A DNA stretch of 64,000 nucleotides from Nitrospirota bacterium (GCA_963790205.1 CAWBNQ010000014.1:1-64000), one strand, 5' to 3'. Positions 8,764 through 19,377 are shown, counted from the first letter of the stretch. The notes: a model not told the origin generated them from the sequence alone. Numbers and translations are program-made.

Positions 8764-10686
8764 CTACGCGTCCTTCGTTCTGATGTTCATTACCGGCGTA
8801 ACCGCTTTCAAGCGGGTCTTTTCCACGAATGACTTGACCGATGAATAAACGCCGTCCGCGTCCAGGCCGTATTTATGCCTCAGCTCCTTCTGCGTACCGT
8901 GTTCTATGTAGGCGTCGGGAAGCCCGATCCGGTGCGTTTTGATGCCCGTGATCCCTTTCGCGTCAAGACATTCGAGCACTGCGCTGCCGAACCCGCCGAA
9001 GAGGGCATGTTCCTCGGCAGTGATGATCCGGCCCGTTTTTTTTGCATATGCGATGATCAGTTCCTCGTCAAGGGGCTTCACGAACCGCGCGTTCACGACC
9101 GCCACGGAGATCCCCTCGTCCGCAAGCCTCTTGGCCGCCTCGATCGACGCACAGACCATGTTCCCGATGGCGATGATCGCGGCTTCGCTCCCCTCCTTGA
9201 TCAGTTCCGCTTTGCCGATCTTGAGGGTCTTCAGTTCCTGGTCCATGGGTACGCCGCAGCCGGTGCCGCGGGGATAGCGCACTGCCGTGGGGCCCGGATA
9301 TTCGACGGCGGTCTTGATCATGTGCTGAAGCTCGTTCTCGTCTTTCGGCGCCATCACGACCATGTTCGGCACGTGGCGCAAATAGGCGATATCGAATACC
9401 CCGTGGTGCGTGGGACCGTCCTCGCCCACGAGCCCGGCCCGGTCGAGGGCCAGCGTCACGGGCAGGTTCTGGAGGCAAAGGTCGTGCACCACCTGGTCGT
9501 ACGCGCGCTGGGTGAACGTGGAGTAGATCGCCGCCACGGGGTGGAGCCCCTCCGCCGCAAGGCCGCACGCGAAGGTCACGCCGTGGGATTCCGCGATACC
9601 CACGTCGAAGAAACGGTCGGGGAACTTTCCGGCGAACTTATCGAGTCCCGTGCCTTCGGACATGGCCGCGGAGATAGCGACGAGCTTGTCGTTGTCCTCG
9701 GCCAGCTTGATCATGGTCTGGCCGAAGACCTCGGTGTAGCTCAGGATGGACTGCTTCCTGGCAGCCGTCTTGCCGGTCGCGGGATCAAAGGGCGGCGTAC
9801 CGTGGAACCGGGACGGATCGCACTCGGCAAACTCGCAGCCCTTGCCCTTTTTGGTGACCACGTGAACAAGCACGGGCCAGGTGAAGTTCCTGATATTTTG
9901 AAAGGTGCCGAGCAAATGCTCCAGGTTATGCCCGTCGATGGGGCCGACGTACTGGAAGCCGAGGTCTTCGAACAGCATGCCGGGCACCATGAGGCCCTTG
10001 ATGGAGTCCTCGGTCTTTTTCGCGAAATTGAACATGGCTTCGCCGACCTTGGGGATGCCCTGGAGGAAGTGCTTTGTCTCCTTGCGGAGCCTGGTGTAAA
10101 AATTACCGGTCATGAGCCTGTTGAGATAGGCGGAGAGCGCGCCCACATTGGGCGAGATGGACATCTCGTTGTCGTTCAGGATAACGATCAGATTTTTCTT
10201 CAGATGTCCGGCCTGGTTCAACCCTTCGAAGGCGAGACCGGCGGAGATCGAGCCGTCTCCGATCACGGCGATCACTTTGTTGTCCTCGCCCTTGATGTCC
10301 CGGGCCGCGATCATCCCGAGGGCCGCGGAGATCGAGGTGCTCGCATGTCCCACGTCAAAGTGGTCGCAGGGGCTCTCTTCCCGTTTGGGAAATCCGCTGA
10401 GGCCGCCGTGCTGACGGAGCGTGGGGAACTGGGCGCGCCTGCCCGTGAGGATCTTATGCGCGTAGGCCTGGTGCCCCACGTCCCAGACGATCCGGTCCTG
10501 GGGCGTGTCAAAGGCATAGTGCAGGGCGATGGTGAGCTCGACCACGCCGAGGCTGGAGGCCAGGTGCCCGCCGGTCTTCGACACGACGTCGATGATCTCC
10601 TGCCGGACCTCCGAGGCGAGCGTCGTCAGCTCTTCCTGCGGGAGCGCCCTTAGATCCTGCGTATTGTTGACTTTGTCGAGAATCAT
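8764..10686 (-). CDS. dxs: 1-deoxy-D-xylulose-5-phosphate synthase
   Basis: [34 protein letters not shown]. Confidence 0.97.
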   Translation of the reverse strand: MILDKVNNTQDLRALPQEELTTLASEVRQEIIDVVSKTGGHLASSLGVVELTIALHYAFDTPQDRIVWDVGHQAYAHKILTGRRAQFPTLRQHGGLSGFPKREESPCDHFDVGHASTSISAALGMIAARDIKGEDNKVIAVIGDGSISAGLAFEGLNQAGHLKKNLIVILNDNEMSISPNVGALSAYLNRLMTGNFYTRLRKETKHFLQGIPKVGEAMFNFAKKTEDSIKGLMVPGMLFEDLGFQYVGPIDGHNLEHLLGTFQNIRNFTWPVLVHVVTKKGKGCEFAECDPSRFHGTPPFDPATGKTAARKQSILSYTEVFGQTMIKLAEDNDKLVAISAAMSEGTGLDKFAGKFPDRFFDVGIAESHGVTFACGLAAEGLHPVAAIYSTFTQRAYDQVVHDLCLQNLPVTLALDRAGLVGEDGPTHHGVFDIAYLRHVPNMVVMAPKDENELQHMIKTAVEYPGPTAVRYPRGTGCGVPMDQELKTLKIGKAELIKEGSEAAIIAIGNMVCASIEAAKRLADEGISVAVVNARFVKPLDEELIIAYAKKTGRIITAEEHALFGGFGSAVLECLDAKGITGIKTHRIGLPDAYIEHGTQKELRHKYGLDADGVYSSVKSFVEKTRLKAVTPVMNIRTKDA

Positions 10687-10712
10687 AAGTACCTCTTCGT
10701 TTAAATTCGAAA

Positions 10713-10856
10713 GTCCCCCGTGCCGTCATTGCGAGGAGCGGAGCGACGCGGCAATCTCGCTTTTTCCAATCAGTTCGGACTATAAGATCGCGGAGTTTAT
10801 TCCGGGTCATAAAGCGAGATTGCTTCACCTTCGTCTCGCAATGACGGCGAGGGACC
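10713..10856. repeat. REPIN/MITE-like inverted pair of CGTCAT repeats
   Basis: GCCGTCATTGCGAG...GCAATCTCGCTTT (10722-10763) and its inverse AAAGCGAGATTGC...CTCGCAATGACGGC (10811-10848). Confidence 0.85.
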
Positions 10857-10890
10857 TCTCGATTTCGAAATTCGCATTTAGGATTTGTTC

Positions 10891-11781
10891 TTAATTCACT
10901 CTATTGATAATGTACTTCGCCAGCGCCCTCAAAGGGTCGGCCTTGCGGTCGAAGTCCTTGAGCGCGGAGAGCGCGTGACCGACGACCTCCACGGCCCTTC
11001 TGCGCGACTCTTCAAGACCGTAGAAGCTCGGGAAGGTCTTCTTGCCTTTTTTCACGTCGCTGCCCACGTCCTTGCCGATCTCTTCCTGCTTGCCGGTGAT
11101 GTCGAGGATGTCGTCGGCGATCTGGAACGCGAGCCCCACCATCTCGCCGTAACGCGTCAAAGCCGTGAACTGGCGCTTGCCCGCTTTTGCGTAGAGCGCT
11201 CCCGCCCTGACCGATGCGCGAATGAGCGCGCCGGTCTTGTGCGTATGGATGTATTCGAGCGTGGGGAAGTCGATGTCCTTGTCCTCGGATTCTATGTCCA
11301 CGACCTGCCCTCCCACCATGCCGAACACGCCGGATGCGGTAGAGATCTCCTTGATGATGGCGATGAGCCGGTTCGCGGGGACATGCTTCAGACGCCGCGG
11401 ATCGGACAATACTTCGAAGGCCATGTTCAGAAGCCCGTCGCCGGCAAGGATGGCGACGGCCTCGCCGTAGGCCTTGTGACAGGTGGGCCTGCCCCGCCGG
11501 AAATCATCGTCGTCCATTGCCGGCAGATCGTCATGGATGAGAGAATACGTGTGGATCAGCTCGAGCGTTCCCGCGACGGGAAGCAGCCCGGCCGTCTTCG
11601 CGCCGAGCGCTTCGGCCGTCGCAATAGCCAGGATCGGCCGCACGCGCTTTCCCCCGGCAAAGAGACTGTAGCGCATGGCCTCGTGCACCGACGTTGGAAA
11701 CGCGTCGGCAGGCGGCACGAGCTTTTCGAGCGCCTTGTCTACGAGGTCTTTCTTTTTTGTGAGGTATGCTTTGATGTCCAT
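10891..11781 (-). CDS. ispA: Farnesyl/geranylgeranyl diphosphate synthase
   Basis: GGKRVRP, DDLPAMDDDDFRRG, FQIADDILD. Confidence 0.93.
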   Translation of the reverse strand: MDIKAYLTKKKDLVDKALEKLVPPADAFPTSVHEAMRYSLFAGGKRVRPILAIATAEALGAKTAGLLPVAGTLELIHTYSLIHDDLPAMDDDDFRRGRPTCHKAYGEAVAILAGDGLLNMAFEVLSDPRRLKHVPANRLIAIIKEISTASGVFGMVGGQVVDIESEDKDIDFPTLEYIHTHKTGALIRASVRAGALYAKAGKRQFTALTRYGEMVGLAFQIADDILDITGKQEEIGKDVGSDVKKGKKTFPSFYGLEESRRRAVEVVGHALSALKDFDRKADPLRALAKYIINRVN

Positions 11782-11858
11782 TGTTGAACCAGTGAAAAAG
11801 TTGTGCGATTGTTTTACTCGTTTTACTTTCTTAATTCTTCCTTCTTAATTCTTACTTG

Positions 11859-12095
11859 CTACTCCTCTTCTTCCTGTTCTTCAAACGGCTGCGCAACAAT
11901 ATTTCCCGCTTTGTCCTTCAAGAGTATCTCGACGCGTCGCTCGGCATCCTCCAGACGTTTGTTGCATATGCGGGAGAGCTTGATGCCTTCCTCGAACAGC
12001 TTGAGCGACTGCTCCAGCGGCAGGTTGCCCGCTTCAAGCTCTTTTACGATCTCTTCGAGCCGCGCAAGGGCGGTTTCGAATTTTTTTTCAGCCAT
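11859..12095 (-). CDS. xseB: Exodeoxyribonuclease VII small subunit
   Basis: [27 protein letters not shown]. Confidence 0.95.
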   Translation of the reverse strand: MAEKKFETALARLEEIVKELEAGNLPLEQSLKLFEEGIKLSRICNKRLEDAERRVEILLKDKAGNIVAQPFEEQEEEE

Positions 12096-12365
12096 AAATG
12101 ATCGCCCCGGAAGAACGGCAGCGCGCCGTAGCGCCGTAGAATTAAATTATATCCGGAACATGACGGTAAATCAAGAAAAATGCCGGAAAAACAAGATAAA
12201 GTTCAAGCCGTTCAAACTGTTTAAATCGTTCAAACGGTCAAGCGGTCTGCAACTGTTCTTTTGTACTTAGCGCCTTTGTAAGTGCTGTTTTTCAGGTATT
12301 TCATGAGGTTGCTGATCGAACCAATAGTTCAAGCAGTTCAATCAATTTGAACGGTTTGAACCTTA

Positions 12366-15300
12366 TCAATATTCTTTCCAAAGTTCTATCGCGTTTCTCG
12401 CAGACCGGAACCCAAACTTTTTGAGCGCCTCTGCGTAGGGACTCCCGATGGCAGGCTCTCCATTGATCGTCTCGATAGTTATCTTTTGCAGCGGATTGAA
12501 CTCGCGCGTGAGCATATCTTTAAACAAGGCGAAGTAGTCAGGCAGACGCAAGTCATCCGGAGTAGCGAGGATATCCAGGCTTTTCCCCTGGCGTTTGGAG
12601 ATCATGACGAGGCGGCTGCCGTGATAAACAAGGTACGTCGAAGGAATGCGCGGGGGAAGGCCCGGAAGCGATCCGAGCCCCAGGCCGCAGAGCGAAACGG
12701 GGTCTGCTGCGTTCACCCAGAAAACAGCCTCCTGCGGCAGCGGGTCCTGGAGCATTCTGAATGCCTCATGGGAAATGAACTGCGCCCCGGAAATTCCTTC
12801 GAAGAAATAGCCCGACAGGACCTCGCCGGAAAGTTCCATCAGGCGCAAGGACCGGAAGATCGCCCGCCACTGGAGCGGCAAGAGTTCGTTCGAAAGAAGC
12901 TCGCGAAAAAGGATGCCATAGCGCTTGAGAAGCTGGCGGATGCGGTCCTTCACCAACTCCTCTTCCTCCAGAATATCCTGCTCCTTGGGCGGGGTGTCGA
13001 TCCGCAGCCAGTGGCCTTCCATGGGACGCGAGACCTTCCAGCGGTTGAACCCCGACCGCCGCGAGGCCAACCGTGCCTCGTCGCTGAAGGCCTTCGGTGT
13101 GAAACCCGTCATGACGCCTTTTCGGATCGTCCGGAAGCTGTCGCTCGTCACGTTCCCCTTCCACGCCTCTTTCCAGAGCAGCTCGGTCGCATGCACGGTA
13201 TCCAAATGCGCGAATTCCGCGATCTCGAGGAAGCTGTACCTGCCGCGGCGGTCGGGGATGAGATGGGTGAGTTCATCGCCGTCGCCGGAGCGTCCTGTCT
13301 CCCGTGACGGATGAAAAAGCTCGAGGTCCTGGCTGAAGGCAAGGCTGATCTTCCGTTCGCCGCAGCCGAACCAGATGAGCTCGGTGTCTGCCATGAGATG
13401 ATCGAGCCACTCGCTCCGGTAGTTCTCCATCCGCGCAGGCAGGACATACTCCTCCCAGGCTCCCACGGAAGCAGGCCAGCCGAAGAGCTGCTCCAGCCGC
13501 TCCTGGAGGTCGTCCAGAGTTTCTCCTCGCGGGGTGATGCCCTGAAAAGCTGCAAGAAAAAGCGTGAGCTTCTCCAGGGGAAGGGCCTGGAACGATGGCC
13601 TGCGATAGCGGCGCGCCATACGGAGAAGCATCTCGAGATTTTCGCTGTCGCAGAGTTCGAGTATTGTGCTCTCCTCTCCGAACCTGTCCATGACCAGGTC
13701 GTGGGCCTCGATCAGAGGCTCGATTGCCTCATCGAGCCGTTCGGACGTGATGCCCAGAAGCTGGTGCACGCTCTCTTTCCCGACGGGTCCGTAATAAGCA
13801 AGCCAGGATGCGAGAAAACCCGAGAGGTCGTACTCGTCGCCCACCCCCTCACCCCCTCCCTCTCCCCAAAGGGGCGAGGGAGTTCCTGTTGCCAGATAGG
13901 ATTTAACCCGGCGTTTCAAGTTCTCCGCCGACTCTTCAGTCGAAACCGGCTGGAGGGACGCATCATCGAGAAGAAGCCTGAAGGCGACAAGGATCTTCGG
14001 CACGCTTTCGATACTCGTGAGAAGCGGATATTTGACCCCGGGCCAGGATGCCCAGGCAAGCTTCTTTCCATTCACCCGAAGCCATTCGGAAGCATCGGCA
14101 TTGGAGTCCCTGCGTATCGCAGCGGCAAGCCCCTTCCATTCCGGCTCGGGGATAAGCATGCGCTCTTTCACCCAGTCGAGAAGTTCCAAAGCCGAGCCGG
14201 GCGCGTATCCTGGTGCCGTGCGCTTCAACTTTTCATCAAGGATGGCGATGACCTCGGAAGGAATTTTCGGTCGCAGGTGAGACGAGAATAGAAGCTCTTT
14301 TATGAGGTCCGGCCGCAGGGCCGACTCCTTGGCCATGAGCGGCGTGTCGTCTTCGTACATGTATTTATTCGTCTGCTTCCAGACAAGATGAGAAGCAAAG
14401 GGCGAGGCAGCGCGCGTCACGGTCTCGTTGACCGTGATGCGACCGTCCCGCAGTTCATCGAGCACAGCTTTCAGATTTTCAAGGTCGAATTCGTCCTCAA
14501 GGCAGGTCCTCCACGTTTCGATAAGAATGGGAAAGTCTTCGTAGCGCCGGACTGCTTCGAGCAGCTCCTTGGCCCGGAGCCGGATGAGCCAGAGCGGCAT
14601 CCTGCGCTTGAAGCTCGACTTCGGGAGCAAGAGCGCCCGCTCCGCGTTCTCCCTGAACCGGGCGCCGAAAAACCCCGTCTGCTCCAGTTTCTTCCTGAGA
14701 AAGGCCTCGACATTTTCTGATGAAAGGAGGCTTACGATATCCCGCGACTCCACTTCGCGCGGAAGCATGAGCAGAAGCGCGTCGTCAGCCTCGATCACCT
14801 GAAGAGGCGTATGCTCGCGCTCCTCCCAGGCCTGGGAAAGGGCGAGCGCAAAAGGCCGGTTCACCCTTCCGCCCCAGAAGGTATGGAGGATCACCTGCTT
14901 CAGCTCTCCGCGGCTCACCGGCTCCTCGATATATTCGATCAGGATGTGGTGACGGCTCGGGAGGCTCTTTCCCGTGGCCTCTTTCTGGAGCTTGAGGAAC
15001 GAGATCAGCTCGTCAGCAGCTGTCTCGTCCATAACGTGCGCGGTCATCAGTTCCTGTTTGAAGTCCTCTTTATCGAGGCGCTGGTCAGCATGTTCTAGAA
15101 AGAGGCCGATCCGCTCGGAAAGATGGAAGTCGCGATTGAGCTCTTCCGCTTTCCAGAACGGGAAGATGCCTGTTGCGGAGCGGGCCGGGATGACCTCGAC
15201 ATCGTTATGCGTGATCTTCTCGATGCGCCAGAGCTGCGACCCCAACGTGAAGGTCTCGCCGATAGACCGCTCCCATACGAATTCTTCATCGAGCTCGCCG

Positions 15301-16862
15301 ATCTTGGCGCGCGTGTCCTTCAATCGCAGGTCGAAGTAGCCCCGCTCCGGGATGGTCCCGCCTGATGTATATATAAGGTAAGGAACTTCGCTGTGCGCCT
15401 GGATGGTATTGTCGATCTTGTCGATGGACACCCGCGCCTTTAATTCCCGAAGCCTTGTGTCAGCGTAGCGTCCTCCCAGCATTTCGAGCACAATGTCGAA
15501 ATGCTTTCGCGGAAGGTCGCGGAAGGGATACATGGTCTTTATAAAAGCATAAAGCTCGTCCAGATCCCAGCGCTCCATGGAGGTCATGGAAAGAATGATC
15601 TGGGCCAGAACGTCGAGAGGAGATTCTATGGGCCGGACCTCTTCGATGTCCTGGTCGAGCACGGCACGTGCCACTACCGCGGCATCAACGAAATCCCGGC
15701 CATGGGTCGGATAGATCGTGCCTTTGCTCACCTCGCCCACGTAATGGCCTGACCGGCCGACACGCTGAAGCGCCGAGGAGACCGCGCGCGGCGTCTGGAT
15801 AAGGACCACCTGGTCGAGCGCCCCGATGTCGATGCCGAGTTCAAGGGAGTTCGTGGCAACAATGGCCTTGAGCTCGCCTTTTTTAAGCTTCTGTTCAACA
15901 GCCAGACGGATCTCCCGCGCAAGAGACCCGTGGTGCGCATACGCAAGTTCGACATCGGATGTCTCGTTGATCATGCGAACGACCTTCTCAGTTGTCCGCC
16001 TGCTGTTCGCAAAGAAAAGGGTCGAGCGGTGCTGATTGATGATCTGTTTAAACGAACCGATGAGAGCCGGCCACCAGGAGTCATCGACCATCTTCTCCCT
16101 CGCGTCAGCCGGGAAGGAGACCTTGATATCATAGGACTTTGCCTGGCGGGACTGGATAAGCGAGACAGGCCGCTTTTCGTAAAAGCTGTCCTTGCCCTTT
16201 CCAGTCCTGCGAAAACCGCCGACAAACTCCGCCACCCGCTCGGGAGGGTTGATCGTGGCGGAGAGTGCGATGCGCTGAAACTCGCCGGAAAGCGGGACGA
16301 GCCTTTCAACAGCCGTGATCAGATGGGTCCCGCGCTTGGACCCGACCACAGCGTGGATCTCGTCGAGGATCACCGTGGCGATCCCGTCGAGCATTGACCT
16401 GCCGCTCCGCGATGTCAAAAGAAGATTGAGGGACTCGGGGGTTGTGATGAGGATTTCCGGGGGCCTGCGGAACATCTTCCGCCGCTCTTCACCGGGCGTG
16501 TCCCCGCTCCGCGTAAGGACGGATATTTCAGGGAATGATTCGCCTGCGAGGGAAAAAGTGTCTTTCAACTCGGCAAGAGGCTTCAGCAGGTTACGCTGCA
16601 CGTCGTTATTGAGCGCCTTGAGCGGAGAGATATAGAGGACCCGGACTTTCCCCTTCGGCCACGCTCCGATGATGAGCTGGTTCATGCCCCACAGGAACGC
16701 GGCCAGCGTCTTGCCGCACCCCGTGGGCGCGGTCACAAGCACATGCCTCCCCTTCACGATCTCGGGCCAGGCCTTCTCCTGCACGTCCGTCGGCGCGCCG
16801 ACCTTCTCGGAGAACCACTGCTGGATGAGAGGATGGAAGAATGACAAAGATGATGCGGGCAT
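12366..16862 (-). CDS. lhr: Long-form Lhr superfamily 2 helicase
   Basis: APTGCGKT, SPLKAL, DEIH, SAT, LELGIDIG, QRVGRSGH; long C-terminal region. Confidence 0.9.
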   Translation of the reverse strand: MPASSLSFFHPLIQQWFSEKVGAPTDVQEKAWPEIVKGRHVLVTAPTGCGKTLAAFLWGMNQLIIGAWPKGKVRVLYISPLKALNNDVQRNLLKPLAELKDTFSLAGESFPEISVLTRSGDTPGEERRKMFRRPPEILITTPESLNLLLTSRSGRSMLDGIATVILDEIHAVVGSKRGTHLITAVERLVPLSGEFQRIALSATINPPERVAEFVGGFRRTGKGKDSFYEKRPVSLIQSRQAKSYDIKVSFPADAREKMVDDSWWPALIGSFKQIINQHRSTLFFANSRRTTEKVVRMINETSDVELAYAHHGSLAREIRLAVEQKLKKGELKAIVATNSLELGIDIGALDQVVLIQTPRAVSSALQRVGRSGHYVGEVSKGTIYPTHGRDFVDAAVVARAVLDQDIEEVRPIESPLDVLAQIILSMTSMERWDLDELYAFIKTMYPFRDLPRKHFDIVLEMLGGRYADTRLRELKARVSIDKIDNTIQAHSEVPYLIYTSGGTIPERGYFDLRLKDTRAKIGELDEEFVWERSIGETFTLGSQLWRIEKITHNDVEVIPARSATGIFPFWKAEELNRDFHLSERIGLFLEHADQRLDKEDFKQELMTAHVMDETAADELISFLKLQKEATGKSLPSRHHILIEYIEEPVSRGELKQVILHTFWGGRVNRPFALALSQAWEEREHTPLQVIEADDALLLMLPREVESRDIVSLLSSENVEAFLRKKLEQTGFFGARFRENAERALLLPKSSFKRRMPLWLIRLRAKELLEAVRRYEDFPILIETWRTCLEDEFDLENLKAVLDELRDGRITVNETVTRAASPFASHLVWKQTNKYMYEDDTPLMAKESALRPDLIKELLFSSHLRPKIPSEVIAILDEKLKRTAPGYAPGSALELLDWVKERMLIPEPEWKGLAAAIRRDSNADASEWLRVNGKKLAWASWPGVKYPLLTSIESVPKILVAFRLLLDDASLQPVSTEESAENLKRRVKSYLATGTPSPLWGEGGGEGVGDEYDLSGFLASWLAYYGPVGKESVHQLLGITSERLDEAIEPLIEAHDLVMDRFGEESTILELCDSENLEMLLRMARRYRRPSFQALPLEKLTLFLAAFQGITPRGETLDDLQERLEQLFGWPASVGAWEEYVLPARMENYRSEWLDHLMADTELIWFGCGERKISLAFSQDLELFHPSRETGRSGDGDELTHLIPDRRGRYSFLEIAEFAHLDTVHATELLWKEAWKGNVTSDSFRTIRKGVMTGFTPKAFSDEARLASRRSGFNRWKVSRPMEGHWLRIDTPPKEQDILEEEELVKDRIRQLLKRYGILFRELLSNELLPLQWRAIFRSLRLMELSGEVLSGYFFEGISGAQFISHEAFRMLQDPLPQEAVFWVNAADPVSLCGLGLGSLPGLPPRIPSTYLVYHGSRLVMISKRQGKSLDILATPDDLRLPDYFALFKDMLTREFNPLQKITIETINGEPAIGSPYAEALKKFGFRSARNAIELWKEY
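13844..13881. repeat. CCCTC/GAGGG palindromic (BoxC-like) repeat in frame inside lhr
   Basis: CCCCCTCACCCCCTCCCTCTCCCCAAAGGGGCGAGGG; encodes PSPLWGEGGGEG; related copy at 18049-18084. Confidence 0.75.
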
Positions 16863-16961
16863 GGTTATGTTTCCTCTATAGAAAACATAGACCAGGAAGG
16901 AAGAAAAAGCAAGGTGCTCTTTAGCTCGTCGTTCACGAACGGGGGCTGGTCCGTGAACGCA

Positions 16962-17318
16962 TTACATTTTTATCCCCAGTGCCACCGAGACTCTGTCAAG
17001 GCTTTTATCAAGGGTCCACAGGGGAACGGTTGTCAACATCGCCGAAGAAAGCAAATGCGCATCTATGTATCCCAGTCCTTTACCCATCAGGCGGTACTTC
17101 TCGATAAAGTGCATCACTTCTTCATGTTCCGCGAGGTGCGCCGTCGGGAGTGTGGTGAGAAGAGACAGTATCTGCGCCCTGTTCTTGAGGTTTCCGCAGG
17201 CGAGTTCGCCGACGACGAAGGGATGGCAGATAACCTGTCCATCATTCAACAGTGTTTCAAGTCCAATCTTTCCGTGTCGGAAGTGCTCCACCCACACTGA
17301 AGTATCTACCAGGACCAT
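16962..17318 (-). CDS. vapC: VapC-type PIN domain toxin
   Basis: VLVDTSVW, GELACG, GYIDAHLL, LWTLDK. Confidence 0.88.
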   Translation of the reverse strand: MVLVDTSVWVEHFRHGKIGLETLLNDGQVICHPFVVGELACGNLKNRAQILSLLTTLPTAHLAEHEEVMHFIEKYRLMGKGLGYIDAHLLSSAMLTTVPLWTLDKSLDRVSVALGIKM

Positions 17319-17319
17319 G

Positions 17320-17517
17320 TTACCTCCCTGCCATTCGCCTTCGAGGTATCGTCTTCAGACCTTTTTCGGTCCCGCCCAAATGAGCGAGTCTTTTCCCGCT
17401 CTCTACCGCGATCAGCGATTCAAGCCCGCGCTTGATGAGCGAAGTTTTCTCTTTTATGCCGGTCAATTTTGCCGCCTTATCAAGCAGCGCGTCCTCAATA
17501 TTCAGCGTTGTCCTCAT
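17320..17517 (-). CDS. vapB: VapB-type antitoxin
   Basis: MRTTLNIEDALL RHH-like start directly upstream of the PIN gene; TTGACA (17586-17581)-17-CATACT promoter. Confidence 0.85.
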   Translation of the reverse strand: MRTTLNIEDALLDKAAKLTGIKEKTSLIKRGLESLIAVESGKRLAHLGGTEKGLKTIPRRRMAGR

Positions 17518-17594
17518 AGGCTTCCTCCCTGTTTCGGTATGCATTATCGTATGTATTAGTATGCATCAATCGTGCGCTCTTGTCAATGGTTTCT

Positions 17595-17726
17595 TCATGC
17601 GAGCACGTGCCTCCCCTGCACGATCTCCGGCCAGGCCTTCTCCTGCACGTCGGTCGGCGCACCGACCTTCTCCGAGAACCACTGCTGGACAAGGGAGTGG
17701 ATTGATGAGAGGACGCTTGGATTCAA
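17595..17726 (-). pseudogene. Truncated second copy of the lhr 5' end (43 codons)
   Basis: MNPSVLSSIHSLVQQWFSEKVGAPTDVQEKAWPEIVQGRHVLA*; 82/88 nt identical to 16738-16825. Confidence 0.85.
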
Positions 17727-17946
17727 GTCTTTCTCCTCATGCTTCACACTGCAAACTTCACACTTCACATTTTGTAGTTATCTGTTTCTTCTATTAAAAA
17801 CATAGACCGGGAAAGGGAAAAAAGCAAGGGCGAGAAACGCTATGGCCGTGAATGGATGACTCGTGATCGGGAATAAGGCCATGTGGAGGACCGAATATGT
17901 CATTGACGCGTGTCCGCCTCCGAGGAGCGACAGGCTAAATCGTCCA

Positions 17947-18048
17947 TTATTTAATTCTATTTTTCCAGTAACCAGGATTTTTTTGCAGATGAGCTACGGC
18001 AATAATAACTATTTCGTCGGGATCGATCCTGTACAGAATACCGCGAGG
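17947..18048 (-). pseudogene. 3' fragment of a RelE/ParE-type toxin gene
   Basis: GILYRIDPDEIVIIAVAHLQKNPGYWKNRIK* resembles ParE C-termini; 5' part replaced by a palindromic repeat. Confidence 0.65.
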
Positions 18049-18084
18049 CCCCCCTCGCCCTACCCTCTCCCCGCCGGGGAGAGG
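18049..18084. repeat. CCCTC/GAGGG palindromic (BoxC-like) repeat
   Basis: CCCCCCTCGCCCTACCCTCTCCCCGCCGGGGAGAGG. Confidence 0.75.
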
Positions 18085-18156
18085 ACAAGTAAGGGATCGC
18101 ACCAAGAAGTTGCAACGGCTACAGACCGGGAGAATGAGGCGAGGCGGCACGCCTGC

Positions 18157-18954
18157 TTACAACCCCTTTTCATGTAACCATGCGATTATCCGCCCGGCCA
18201 CGGCCTCCCAGCCTTGTTCCAACATCATCCCATGCGCCATGTTCGGGAAGATAACGGCCTGCGTATGATAGGCGCGCGCCGTGGCTTCGACCTGGCTCGG
18301 AAGGAAACACGTATCGTTGGCCGCGCCCATTACCAGCATCGGTGTGGTAACACGCTCCGGTTTCGGCAGATTCAGGAACATGATATCAAGATAACCCCGA
18401 AACGACTCGTCCGTCATACGCCTTTGATAGTCGCGGACCTTCTCCTCTGACATACTATCCGAGAATAATAGTTCGCGGGCCAGGGCAGGCGTGCTGACAA
18501 TCGGATAGAGACTCAAGAAGAGATTCACCCTGAGAGCCGCCAACGGATGCCGCCGTGTCAGGCGTAAAGCCGTTCGCAAGAAGCCCTGTGGCGGCAGTGA
18601 GGCGAGCAAGACGGCGGCCGGGGCCGTGCGGGTCTCGAGATACTTCTGGATGATTGCCCCGCCGTACGAGTGGCCGATCAGGACAGGCTTCGCGGGCAGC
18701 TGCGCAACGACCTCTGCCACATCGTCAACGTAGTCCGCGAGGCTGGTCCACCGTAACCCCTCGCGGCCCTCGCTTTGTCCATGTCCCCGCAAACTCAGCG
18801 CGTTTGCGGAGTAGCCCTGTGCGGCGAAGTAATCGAGGAAGTGTTCCGCCCAGCCCCAGCTGCCGACGAAGAGGCCATGCACGAACAGAAGAGGCGCAGG
18901 GCGCGGTTTCTCCGTGGTAGGTTCTCTGGAAATCACTTCGAGGCGCATGCACAT
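18157..18954 (-). CDS. Alpha/beta hydrolase
   Basis: FVHG oxyanion motif, GHSYGG nucleophile elbow, late Asp and His. Confidence 0.9.
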   Translation of the reverse strand: MCMRLEVISREPTTEKPRPAPLLFVHGLFVGSWGWAEHFLDYFAAQGYSANALSLRGHGQSEGREGLRWTSLADYVDDVAEVVAQLPAKPVLIGHSYGGAIIQKYLETRTAPAAVLLASLPPQGFLRTALRLTRRHPLAALRVNLFLSLYPIVSTPALARELLFSDSMSEEKVRDYQRRMTDESFRGYLDIMFLNLPKPERVTTPMLVMGAANDTCFLPSQVEATARAYHTQAVIFPNMAHGMMLEQGWEAVAGRIIAWLHEKGL

Positions 18955-18957
18955 ACC

Positions 18958-19002
18958 TCCTGGCGTTTGCCGGCAACTGTCCCCTCGATGGAAGTGTCAG
19001 GC
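18958..19002 (-). mobile_element. Eroded integron attC-like site
   Basis: GCCTGAC overlapping the stop codon, then ACTTCCATCGAGGGGAC..GCCGGCAA resembling an attC left arm, truncated into AAACGCCAGG. Confidence 0.5.
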
Positions 19003-19377
19003 CTCATGCGACTGATGACCGGCTGCTTCCTTGCGCAATGCGCTCCGGGTCCAGAGCGCGCCACTGAGATCAACTGCGCCGAAGAGAAGCAGAATCGGCG
19101 GCGCCAGACCCGCAACCACGAATGCGCTAAAGAAGAGGATTACCGATGCTCGCACGGGAACGGACCAGACGATGAATGGCCGAAGCCCGGAGCGAGCAGC
19201 TGTGAAGTAATAGATGCCCAGGAAGATCACGAGCATTCCTACAACGTGAATCCAGACCTCAGAGGTGGGCGCAAACCTAAAGAGTCCGAGGAGTATGTTC
19301 GGAACAAGCAGCAACAAGGCTCCGAGCAGAAGCAGGTAACAGCCAAAGGCAAATATCGTCTTCGCGGGGTAGCTCAC
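18997..19377 (-). CDS. Small 4-TM membrane protein, probable former integron cassette gene
   Basis: Four hydrophobic segments; GTG start with GGAGG; preceded by GTTAGGC at 19406-19400. Confidence 0.75.
   Translation of the reverse strand: MSYPAKTIFAFGCYLLLLGALLLLVPNILLGLFRFAPTSEVWIHVVGMLVIFLGIYYFTAARSGLRPFIVWSVPVRASVILFFSAFVVAGLAPPILLLFGAVDLSGALWTRSALRKEAAGHQSHEA

Noticed and set aside
8419..8832. 137-aa ORF starting MLDSRFRGND
   Set aside because: It is a translation of the palindromic and nested repeats
8875..10653. Long antisense ORFs (this one, also 5069-6361, 27646-28770, 31127-32143 and others)
   Set aside because: Shadows of GC-rich real genes on the opposite strand, with no recognisable motifs
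12199..12362. GTTCAA/TTGAAC runs as SOS boxes or a CRISPR array
   Set aside because: 9-nt tandem period, no GAAC-N4-GTTC spacing (closest is N5) and no unique spacers
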